Shown here piece by piece: positions 10,098 through 20,261 of a DNA stretch of 64,000 nt (its first letter is position 1; each line of letters opens with the position of its first letter). The DNA is from Sphingobium sp. (lineage in GTDB: Bacteria; Pseudomonadota; Alphaproteobacteria; Sphingomonadales; Sphingomonadaceae). The DNA lies in the NCBI GenBank assembly GCA_050252755.1, contig JBFWKI010000014.1, forward strand, positions 4,347 to 68,346. The letters run 5' to 3'. The notes beneath the pieces are model-generated. The model saw only the letters and a list, made by a program, of their open reading frames with translations. It did not search any database and had not been told where the DNA came from. Made by a program: the position numbers and the translations under genes.

Positions 10098-10137
10098 CGG
10101 CGCCTGTTCCTGTCACGGATGCCGAAAACAGGCGCCG
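10098..10137. terminator. hairpin between convergent DUF389 and P450 genes
   Basis: CGGCGCCTGTT (10098-10108) pairs with AACAGGCGCCG (10127-10137), an 11-bp stem with an 18-nt loop. There is no clear U-tract. Confidence 0.4.
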
Positions 10138-10145
10138 GATCGGGC

Positions 10146-11366
10146 TTACCGCCCGGCGGGAACGTCCCATTTGATCGGCAGATGCTCCAGCGCCATCACC
10201 ATCCCCGGACGCCAAGCCGGCTTTTCGTCGGAAGCGAGCGAGAAGCGCGGGATGCGCTCCAGCCAGATGCGGGTGAACACGCGCATTTCCAGCCGCGCCA
10301 ATATATTGCCGATGCAGGTATGGGCGCCGATGGAAAAGGTGATGTGGGCGCGGTCGGGACGGTCGATGTCGAACACCTCCGGGTCGTTGTTGCGGCGATC
10401 ATCCAGACCGGCCGAAGTCAGCGGGCAGATCACCATCTGGCCGGCGCGGAAATGGGCGCCCTTGATGACGATATCCTTCTTGACGATTCGCGTCTGGTTC
10501 ACGACCGCGAAACGCCGCAGCGATTCCTCGACGAAATCGGACAGTTTTTCCGGCTCGGCGGCCAGCCGTTCCTGCAAATCGGGCCGCTGCGCCAGATTGC
10601 GGAACGACATGGTGATCAGATTGGCGACGGTATCCAGCCCGCCCAGAAACAGCACGAACCCGATGGATTCCAGTTCCTCCTGCGTCAGCTTGCGCCCGCG
10701 CACCTCTTCGCGCAGCAGCGCGCTGGCCAGATCATCGCCCGGATTGCGGCGTTTTTCGTCATAAAGCGCCCGCATGATCTCAAAGATGCGGTCCTGCAAC
10801 TGGCCGCGCCGTTCGGGGGTGATGTTCTGGAAATATTCCAGCACGATCATGCGGAACTCCTCGAACCGGTCGAGCGACATGCCCATCAGTTCCATGAACA
10901 CCGAAACCGGAAAAGCCGCGCCCAGAACCTCTGTGAAATCGCATTCGCCCTTGTCGATCACCCGGTCGATCAGGCGATTGGCCCATGCGACCAGCTTGGG
11001 TTCCATCCGGCTGATCGGGCCGGGGCCGAACGTGTGCAGCAGGACGGCGCGATACCGGGTATGTTCGGGCGGATCGAGGTTGAGCGGGATCATCACATTG
11101 CTGTTGAACATCGGCGGAATGTGCAGTTCCTTGCTGGAAAAATGCTCCGCATCCTTCAGCACCGCAACCTGATCGTCATAGCGCATGATGACCCAATGCC
11201 CGCCATTACGCGGGGTCCAGAATATGTCGGGCGCCGTTTCATGCAGGGAATGCCAGCCCAGATGAATGTCCTCGCACAGCTTCTTTTCCGTATAGATGTC
11301 CCAATCGACGACCAGATCCTCGTCGATCCCTTCCGGCATGGACCATTCCGCAACCATCGTATCCAT
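10146..11366 (-). CDS. cytochrome P450, class I (CYP101/P450cam-like)
   Basis: Heme-thiolate loop FSIGAHTCIGNILA and the EXXR motif (VEESLRRF). The N-terminal region ...WTPRNGGHWVIMRYDD...HFSS resembles P450cam-family enzymes. Confidence 0.95.
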   Translation of the reverse strand: MDTMVAEWSMPEGIDEDLVVDWDIYTEKKLCEDIHLGWHSLHETAPDIFWTPRNGGHWVIMRYDDQVAVLKDAEHFSSKELHIPPMFNSNVMIPLNLDPPEHTRYRAVLLHTFGPGPISRMEPKLVAWANRLIDRVIDKGECDFTEVLGAAFPVSVFMELMGMSLDRFEEFRMIVLEYFQNITPERRGQLQDRIFEIMRALYDEKRRNPGDDLASALLREEVRGRKLTQEELESIGFVLFLGGLDTVANLITMSFRNLAQRPDLQERLAAEPEKLSDFVEESLRRFAVVNQTRIVKKDIVIKGAHFRAGQMVICPLTSAGLDDRRNNDPEVFDIDRPDRAHITFSIGAHTCIGNILARLEMRVFTRIWLERIPRFSLASDEKPAWRPGMVMALEHLPIKWDVPAGR

Positions 11367-11463
11367 CGCAATTCTCCCGCCGGAAATCCGGCCTGTTTGA
11401 TTATGTCTCCCTATATATCAGAATAGTATTCACATTCTATTCGCTTTCTGGCATTCCTGCCGG

Positions 11464-12165
11464 ATGAACGATGAGGAACAGAGCGAACGGGCGCCGCAGC
11501 ACAAGACGCTGCAACGGCGGCGATTGCCGCGGCAGCAGCGCGCGCGCGAAACGGTGGAAGCCATTTTCGAGGCGACCGAACAACTCGTCGCCACTCATGG
11601 TTTCAACGCGGTCAATACGCGCATGATCGCGGAACGCGCCGGGGTGGGCATCGGTTCGCTCTATCAATATTTCCCGACCTATGAGGCGATATTGCTCGCC
11701 TGGTATGAGCGCGTTTCGACCATGGCGGCGCAACAGATCCGGCTCGCGACGATCGAGGTCATGGACCAGCGGCCGGTCGAGGCCGTGCACAATGCCCTGC
11801 GCCGCCTGCTCGACCTCTATATGGAATATCGGCTGCCGCTTATCGAAATGCCCCATCAGGTGCCGCAGATAGAGGAAGTCATCCGTCATACCTCGCTGGA
11901 GGTGCTCAACCGGGGGACCATCCGCCTCTATCTCGGCCAGCATCCCGAATTTGACGCGACGCGCACCGAAAGCCAGGTCTTTTTCCTGGAAACCGTCGTT
12001 CATGCGGTGCTGCGGCGCTATGTGCGGGAAACGCCGGATTTCCTCGAACCGGAGGAAGTCGTCGAACAGATCGCGCTGTCCATCCTGCCCTATCTCGCGC
12101 AACGCGGCGTCGGGAAAGGCCCGCCCGAAAGCACCGATAATCAGGAGAGGAACGCGCAATCATGA
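11464..12165 (+). CDS. TetR-family transcriptional regulator
   Basis: N-terminal HTH ...FNAVNTRMIAERAGVGIGSLYQYFPTYEAIL. Divergent from the P450 gene. Confidence 0.9.
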   Translation: MNDEEQSERAPQHKTLQRRRLPRQQRARETVEAIFEATEQLVATHGFNAVNTRMIAERAGVGIGSLYQYFPTYEAILLAWYERVSTMAAQQIRLATIEVMDQRPVEAVHNALRRLLDLYMEYRLPLIEMPHQVPQIEEVIRHTSLEVLNRGTIRLYLGQHPEFDATRTESQVFFLETVVHAVLRRYVRETPDFLEPEEVVEQIALSILPYLAQRGVGKGPPESTDNQERNAQS

Positions 12166-12779
12166 CGCAAAGCGCGAAGGGCGCAGCGCCCGCCAGCGAT
12201 CTTGAAGACCGCATCATCGCGGCCGCCTATGCCTGTTTCGAGAAATTCGGCATCGCCAAGACCACGATGGAGGACATAGCGCGCGGGGCCAATGCATCGC
12301 GCCAGTCGGTCTATCGCTATTTTGCGGGCAAGGACGCCATTTTCGACACCATATGCTGTCGCGAAGCGGTCAGGATCAACGCGGCGGTGCGTACCCGCAT
12401 CCGGCGCGACATGGATTTCGCGGGCATCGTGACCGAGGCGCTGTTCATCATCATCACAGAGGGCAACAACAATCCCTATCTGCGGCAGGTGGTCGAAAAT
12501 CCCGGCCTGCAATCGCTCGCCTCCCGTCCGGGCAGCCGCTTCTATCAGCTCAATGCCGAATATTGGCATGAACTGATGCGCCGCGCGCTCGACCGGGGGG
12601 AACTGGCGGCGGATCTCTCGCTTCACGAAATCATCGGCTGGCTGCTGATGATGCAGTCGGTGCTCCAGTTGCGTCTGGCCGACGGCCTGATCGACGAATC
12701 CGAATTGCGCCGGCTCATCCGCCGGTTCACGGTCGCCCCGCTGCTGGCCGCCCCGCCGCCACCGCCGCCCAGCGCATGA
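12162..12779 (+). CDS. TetR-family transcriptional regulator (second, translationally coupled)
   Basis: HTH ...IAKTTMEDIARGANASRQSVYRYFAGKDAIF. ATGA overlap with the upstream TetR gene, and CAGGAGAGG lies 12 nt upstream of the ATG. Confidence 0.9.
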   Translation: MTQSAKGAAPASDLEDRIIAAAYACFEKFGIAKTTMEDIARGANASRQSVYRYFAGKDAIFDTICCREAVRINAAVRTRIRRDMDFAGIVTEALFIIITEGNNNPYLRQVVENPGLQSLASRPGSRFYQLNAEYWHELMRRALDRGELAADLSLHEIIGWLLMMQSVLQLRLADGLIDESELRRLIRRFTVAPLLAAPPPPPPSA

Positions 12780-12785
12780 CGGCGC

Positions 12786-12813
12786 GGCGAAGGACGCAAT
12801 TCTGTCCTTCGCC
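12786..12813 (+). terminator. stem-loop after the TetR pair
   Basis: GGCGAAGGAC (12786-12795) pairs with GTCCTTCGCC (12804-12813), a perfect 10-bp stem with an 8-nt loop, followed by a T/C-rich stretch. Confidence 0.5.
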
Positions 12814-12877
12814 TCCACCTTCTCCTCCGCCGCTCCCGCTCACCCTTGCCGCGCCAACATGGGCGGCACGTCCGGCA

Positions 12878-14041
12878 TCAGGCCGATAAAAGCGCTTCGA
12901 CGCTCCGGTGGAACGCGACCATTTCCCGCTCCATGCCGCCGCAGGTCATATAGGGCACCACGCCGCTTTTCGCGCCGATGCTGCCCAGTTCGGCCACCCA
13001 GAAATCCTCCTTGGTGGTGATCTGCTTCATCAGGGCGAGCGACTTGTCATAATGCGCGATCTCGCGGTCGGTCTCCGGCAGCTTGTCCACCATCATATAA
13101 TAGTTCACGACCGTATGATCGACCGCCTGCGGCGAAAGCAGCATCACGCTGACATAAGTGGGGCTGGTGATGACCAGAGCGCCCGGCACGATGGTATAAT
13201 GGGCGACCGCCGATTTGCGAAATTCCTCATAGGTGGACATGTCGCTGCCCTGCCGGAAATCGGCACGGCCCGACATCACCCGCAAATGTTCGCCGATCAT
13301 TTCGCAGGAGGTTTTCCGGTCCACGAACATCTTGCCCAGCGATTTGGCATGCAGCCGCGTCACATGGTAATTTTCCGAAAAGCTGTCCACGATCAGCTTC
13401 CAGTTCGCCTGCACGTCGATCCGCAGATGATGGCATATCTTCTGATCGCCGAGGCCGATGGCATCGAAATCCGCGCCCAGTTCGCCCGTTACGATGGAGA
13501 AATCGGCCTTGCGCGCAGCGTCCAGATTTACCCAGATCAGCCCGCCCGCCTCCACGCATTCCAGTTCGACAAGGCCCTTTTCCTTCTTGTCGAGGCCGGG
13601 GAAACTTTCCGGTCGGGGCAGAGCCTTCAACTGCCCCTTCATGTCGAAGCTCCACGCATGATAGGGGCATATGATCAGCCCGCCCTTCTGCGTTTCCTTC
13701 GCCTGGCACAGCTTGATGGAGCGGTGCGTGCAGATGTTGTAAAACGCATGGACCTGCCCGTCGCCGTCGCGCGTCAGCAGCAGGGATGTGCCATAATCGT
13801 CGATCGCGATATGGCTTTTCGGCGTGGGCAACAGCGCCGACACGCCGACCGGCACCGGCCGCCCCCGGAACAGCTTTTCCTGTTCCAGATCATAGCGTTC
13901 CTGCGATGCATAAATGGAGGTCGGCAGATAATCGACCTCACGCGAAATGGTGGTGGGGTCGGAATCCTCGACCCCGGCCAATTGCCTCAACTGCGCCTGC
14001 GTCAAGGGCCGCGTCCTATCCCGTTCCATCTGATCCAGCAT
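12878..14041 (-). CDS. Rieske [2Fe-2S] non-heme-iron oxygenase alpha subunit (KshA-like, no beta subunit nearby)
   Basis: Rieske motif CTHRSIKLC...CPYHAW and mononuclear-iron motif ENYHVTRLH. AGGAG lies 8 nt upstream of the ATG. Confidence 0.9.
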   Translation of the reverse strand: MLDQMERDRTRPLTQAQLRQLAGVEDSDPTTISREVDYLPTSIYASQERYDLEQEKLFRGRPVPVGVSALLPTPKSHIAIDDYGTSLLLTRDGDGQVHAFYNICTHRSIKLCQAKETQKGGLIICPYHAWSFDMKGQLKALPRPESFPGLDKKEKGLVELECVEAGGLIWVNLDAARKADFSIVTGELGADFDAIGLGDQKICHHLRIDVQANWKLIVDSFSENYHVTRLHAKSLGKMFVDRKTSCEMIGEHLRVMSGRADFRQGSDMSTYEEFRKSAVAHYTIVPGALVITSPTYVSVMLLSPQAVDHTVVNYYMMVDKLPETDREIAHYDKSLALMKQITTKEDFWVAELGSIGAKSGVVPYMTCGGMEREMVAFHRSVEALLSA

Positions 14042-14056
14042 GATTCGTGCTCCTGC

Positions 14057-14101
14057 TTGCTATATTACATGTTACATATATCGTATTATGTAATATAGCA
14101 A
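14057..14101. promoter_or_regulatory. perfect 14-bp inverted repeat (candidate operator or 5'-leader hairpin)
   Basis: TTGCTATATTACAT (14057-14070) and ATGTAATATAGCAA (14088-14101) are exact reverse complements separated by 17 nt. The element is AT-rich in GC-rich DNA and directly abuts the SD of the Rieske gene. Confidence 0.6.
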
Positions 14102-14202
14102 GAGCCTCACCTGCGGCCTTGAAGCCACAGTCCGCATCAAAACGGCACCACTCATTCAGAAAGCCGATCTTTCGGGATTGACAGCCGGGCCGATTACCGC
14201 TC

Positions 14203-14236
14203 AACACATTATCGCTCTTAAGTGCGATTAACGCAC
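14203..14236 (+). promoter_or_regulatory. tandem PcaR/IclR-like boxes upstream of TonB receptor 1
   Basis: AACACATTATCGCTC (14203) and the palindromic GTGCGATTAACGCAC (14222), with a 19-bp start-to-start offset. Confidence 0.55.
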
Positions 14237-14258
14237 TATTTTGGAAGAGGATCAAGCC

Positions 14259-16457
14259 GTGTCTCTTTTTACGTCGAGTCTGAATCTCCCTGCATCCGTC
14301 CGCAACGCCGCCTCGCTCGCAGTGATCGGACTTTGCCTGGTCCAGCCCGCCTTCGCCCAGCAGGACGCGCAGCCTGCGGACGCCCCGGCCACGCAGGCGG
14401 CGGACGTCAACGAAATCAATGAAATCGTCGTCACCGCCCAAAAGCGCAGCGAACGCCTTCAGGATGTTCCCATCTCCATTTCGGCGGTAACGAACGAAAC
14501 GCTGGAAAAGCAGAGCATCTCGCAAGTCTCGCAGATTTCCATGTCGGTGCCCGCCATCCGCATCGACTTCAGCGGCAACACCGTGCAGCCGACCATTCGC
14601 GGCGTCGGCAGCGCCATCGCCGGCCCCGGCACCAATTCCAACATCCCGACCTATATCGACGGATATTATATCCCCAATCCGGTCGCGACCGATCTCAACC
14701 TCATCAACATCGAATCGCTCAGCGTGCTGAAGGGTCCGCAAGGGACGCTGTTCGGCCGCAACGCGACCGGCGGCGCGCTTCAGGTCACGACGCGCAAGCC
14801 GCAGCACGACACGACCGTGCTGGCGCGGATCGGCTATGCCCGCTTCTCGCACATCACAACGGGCGTCTATGGCTCGACCGGCCTTACCGACACGCTCGCG
14901 GTCGATCTTGCCGCCTCCTATGAAACCGGCGACGGCTTCAAGCGCAACATCGTCACCGGCGACAGCAATGTCGGCCGCTTCCGCAAATGGGCGGTGCGCG
15001 CCAAGGCGCTGTGGGAACCGGCGGACGGCGTCAGCTTCCTGGTCGCTTATGGTCACAGCTATAGCGACGATCCGTCCCCCAATATGGTCAACGCGCGCGA
15101 GGGCATGAGCGCCGGTGCGCTGATCCCCGGCACCGTCGTCGCGTCCGGGCGGCGCGACGTATCCAACACCCGGCCGAATTTCGACATATTGAAAACCGAT
15201 TCGATCACGCTGACCAGCAGCTTCGACCTCGGCTTCGCGGACCTGACCTCCTATACCGGCTATCGTGAGGAAAATGACTATCAGGGCTTCGACTATGATG
15301 CGTCGGCGGCCGAAATTCAGGCTGCGATCTGGACCATCCCGGAAAAGACCTTCACCCAGGAAATCAACCTGACCTCCAAGCCCGGCGGCCGGTTCAACTG
15401 GGTGCTCGGCGCATTCTACCTCTATAATTCGAGCGAATATCACTATAATCTCGCCGCGGGCGGCGCGGATTATTTCCGCCTGTTCGATTCCAGGAACAAG
15501 ACCAACTCCTACGCCGTGTTCGCGGACGGCACCTATGAGGTGATGGACAAGCTGTTCGTGACCGTCGGCGGCCGCTACAGCGTGGACAAGCCGGAAGTGG
15601 CGTTCGATCTTTATGCCGTGGACCCGGCCTTGTCGGACGCGGGCAAGAAGAAGTTCACCAACTTCTCGCCCCGCGCGGTCGTCCGCTATGAAATCACGCC
15701 GCGTTCCAGCGTCTATGCCTCCTACACCAAGGGGTATAAATCCGGCATCCTGCCCGCCTCTTCCTTCTCGACCATCGCGGTCGACCCGGAAAAGATCGAC
15801 GCCTTCGAAGTGGGCTTCAAGACGGCCAGCGGCCCGCTGCGTTTCAACCTCGCTTCCTTCTACTATAAATATAAGGACGTGCAGGTCGCATCCTTCTTCG
15901 GGCAGGGCGTATCGGTGATCCGCAACGCGGCGAGCGCCGAAATCTACGGCGTGGACGGCGAGCTGTCCTATGACGTGACGCCGGACCTCAACCTGTTCGC
16001 CAACGTCGCCTGGACCCATGCCGATTACGACAAATTCCCCAACGCGATCGGCTATCAGCAAGATCTGGATCCCACCAGCCCGAACTATTCGACGTTCCAG
16101 CCGGTCAATATCGACGCATCCGGCTATCAGGTGCTACGCTCGCCGCGTCTCGCCTTCAATGTCGGCGGCAATTACGGTTTCGATCTTGCCGGGGGACGGA
16201 TGGCGCTCAACGCCAATTATTTCCACACCAGCAAATTCTATTTCGATGCGGTGGAGCAATTCGGTCAGAAGGCCTATGGCCTGCTCAACCTGCGGGCGAC
16301 ATGGACCGACCCGACCGATCGTTTCGACCTGTCGGTGTTCGGCACCAACGTCACCGACACCAAATATATCACCCAGACGCTGCCCGACACGGTCGCCATT
16401 CGTCAGGCCTATGGCGAGCCTGCGGTAATCGGGGCCTCGATGACCTTCCGCTACTGA
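14259..16457 (+). CDS. TonB-dependent receptor
   Basis: GTG 14259 is preceded by GGAAGAGGA. Signal peptide ...LCLVQPAFA/QQ, plug motif EIVVTAQKRSERLQDVPISI, and a barrel ending ...GASMTFRY. The start could instead be the TTG at 14241. Confidence 0.95.
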   Translation: MSLFTSSLNLPASVRNAASLAVIGLCLVQPAFAQQDAQPADAPATQAADVNEINEIVVTAQKRSERLQDVPISISAVTNETLEKQSISQVSQISMSVPAIRIDFSGNTVQPTIRGVGSAIAGPGTNSNIPTYIDGYYIPNPVATDLNLINIESLSVLKGPQGTLFGRNATGGALQVTTRKPQHDTTVLARIGYARFSHITTGVYGSTGLTDTLAVDLAASYETGDGFKRNIVTGDSNVGRFRKWAVRAKALWEPADGVSFLVAYGHSYSDDPSPNMVNAREGMSAGALIPGTVVASGRRDVSNTRPNFDILKTDSITLTSSFDLGFADLTSYTGYREENDYQGFDYDASAAEIQAAIWTIPEKTFTQEINLTSKPGGRFNWVLGAFYLYNSSEYHYNLAAGGADYFRLFDSRNKTNSYAVFADGTYEVMDKLFVTVGGRYSVDKPEVAFDLYAVDPALSDAGKKKFTNFSPRAVVRYEITPRSSVYASYTKGYKSGILPASSFSTIAVDPEKIDAFEVGFKTASGPLRFNLASFYYKYKDVQVASFFGQGVSVIRNAASAEIYGVDGELSYDVTPDLNLFANVAWTHADYDKFPNAIGYQQDLDPTSPNYSTFQPVNIDASGYQVLRSPRLAFNVGGNYGFDLAGGRMALNANYFHTSKFYFDAVEQFGQKAYGLLNLRATWTDPTDRFDLSVFGTNVTDTKYITQTLPDTVAIRQAYGEPAVIGASMTFRY

Positions 16458-16479
16458 GCCGGAAAAACAGGAATAAGGA

Positions 16480-16511
16480 CCGGCCTCACCTTGGTGTGGG
16501 GCCGGTTTTTT
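16480..16511 (+). terminator. rho-independent terminator of receptor gene
   Basis: CCGGCCTCAC / GTGGGGCCGG stem (one G-U pair) followed by TTTTTT. Confidence 0.75.
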
Positions 16512-16568
16512 ATGTGCCGAACATATGGGTTCGCCAGCATTCCGACGCGCTGATGATGTGCCGAATCG

Positions 16569-16612
16569 AAAAAGGCGGCTTTCGCGAGCCAGAGCGCGAA
16601 AGCCGCCTTTTT
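16569..16612. terminator. bidirectional rho-independent terminator
   Basis: AAAAA-GGCGGCTTTCGCG-(8 nt)-CGCGAAAGCCGCC-TTTTT, a perfect 13-bp stem flanked by an A-run and a T-run, between convergent genes. Confidence 0.8.
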
Positions 16613-16669
16613 ATCTCATGGAACGGCTATAAGAGCCGCGTGGGGGGACGCCGGCCCCAGCGCCCCGTC

Positions 16670-19176
<2,507 letters not shown>

Positions 19177-19224
19177 ATTGTCCTCATTCTGAAAAAAATG
19201 ACCTTATCATATTTTGGTCAAAAA

Positions 19225-19258
19225 GTTCGATTATCGCCCTTGCGTTCTATTATCGCCA
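19225..19258 (+). promoter_or_regulatory. tandem PcaR/IclR-like boxes overlapping a putative promoter
   Basis: GTTCGATTATCGCCC (19225) and GTTCTATTATCGCCA (19244), offset 19 bp. The embedded TTCGAT-N16-TATTAT looks like -35/-10 hexamers about 55 nt upstream of ATG 19309. Confidence 0.6.
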
Positions 19259-19308
19259 CCATTAGCCATTATAGCGACATTGACAAGGGCCAAGAGAAGG
19301 AGAGTCGA

Positions 19309-20052
19309 ATGGGAGAATTACGCTCGGCAATTGTAACCGGGGGCGCCAGCGGCATCGGAAAGGCCTGCGTCGAGGGTCTGGCCGCGCAGGGCTGGGCCAT
19401 CACCCTTGCGGATCGCAACGAGGAAGGCGAAGCCATCGCCGCCGCCATCCGCGATGCGGGCGGCAAGGCGCAGTTCGTCGCCGTCGACGTCACCGATGAA
19501 CAGAGCGTGCGAGCGATGGTGGATCGCGCGACCGATGCCTATGGGCAATTGCACGGCGCGATCAATTGCGCGGGCATCGCCGGTTGCTCCAAGCCCATTC
19601 ATGAAATCGACGCGGCCGAATGGGATCGCGTTCACGCCATCAACCTGCGCGGCATGTTCTTCTGCCTGAAATATGAAATCGCGGCGATGTGGCCCCATAA
19701 GGTCGGGTCGGTCGTCGCCATGTCCTCGGCGGCGGCGATGAAGGGCCTGCCGTGGAGTTCCGACTATTGCGGGTCAAAGGCGGGCATCGACGGAATGGTA
19801 CGCGGCGCGGCGATGGATTGCGCAGAACAGAATATCCGCGTCAATGCGATCCTGCCCGGCGCGACGATGACGCCGCTGGCCATGGGATCGAGCAACGCCA
19901 ACCCCGCCCTCGCCAAGACGCGCACCCGCCCGATGGGCCGCATGGCCGATCCGTCGGAAATCGCATCGGCGGCGCTGTGGCTGCTGTCGGACGGGGCAAG
20001 CTTCACCACCGGCATTTCCATGCCCGTCGATGGCGGCATGGTCATCGCATGA
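19309..20052 (+). CDS. short-chain dehydrogenase/reductase (SDR)
   Basis: ATG is preceded by AAGGAGAG. AIVTGGASGIGKA and YCGSKAG motifs. The 18595-start ORF is an artefactual extension antisense to the ALDH gene. Confidence 0.9.
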   Translation: MGELRSAIVTGGASGIGKACVEGLAAQGWAITLADRNEEGEAIAAAIRDAGGKAQFVAVDVTDEQSVRAMVDRATDAYGQLHGAINCAGIAGCSKPIHEIDAAEWDRVHAINLRGMFFCLKYEIAAMWPHKVGSVVAMSSAAAMKGLPWSSDYCGSKAGIDGMVRGAAMDCAEQNIRVNAILPGATMTPLAMGSSNANPALAKTRTRPMGRMADPSEIASAALWLLSDGASFTTGISMPVDGGMVIA

Positions 20053-20153
20053 GGGTCATCGCATGAGGATGGCCGCGCCCCGCTCCGGCTCAACGGAATG
20101 GCGGGCGGGCGCGGGCATCGGCACCGCTTCAGCCCTCGGGTCGCACCGGGCTG

Positions 20154-20193
20154 CGGGATCGTTTCAGGTTCATCACGAACCGGAACGATCCCG
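20154..20193. terminator. compound hairpin between convergent SDR and Rieske genes
   Basis: CGGGATCGTT (20154-20163) pairs with AACGATCCCG (20184-20193), with an inner GGTTC/GAACC stem. No strong U-tract. Confidence 0.45.
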
Positions 20194-20261
20194 GAAATGA
20201 CGTTACCGCACCGCCAGCATCGGCGTGACGGAAGCGCTACCCATTTTCCCGATTACATATT

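Noticed and set aside
11395-11409. GTTTGATTATGTCTC as an additional IclR-type box in the P450/TetR divergent region
   Set aside because: It matches only 11/15 positions, and no partner box occurs at +19 or -19 bp. This promoter more plausibly belongs to the adjacent TetR regulators.
14016-16061. 681-aa ORF on the - strand, with similar long antisense ORFs at 20271-22634, 31545-33515, 45096-47036 and 48582-50330
   Set aside because: All lie opposite genes with clear family motifs (TonB receptors, Rieske, ACADs, P450, SDR) and translate to repetitive Arg/Gly/Asp/His-rich sequence. Stop-codon scarcity in GC-rich DNA explains them.
19264-19278. A third direct repeat (AGCCATTATAGCGAC), a further 19-20 bp downstream of the 19225/19244 box pair
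   Set aside because: Only the central ATTAT.GCG core matches, and the flanks do not. It overlaps the likely transcription start region, so I left it out of the box family.
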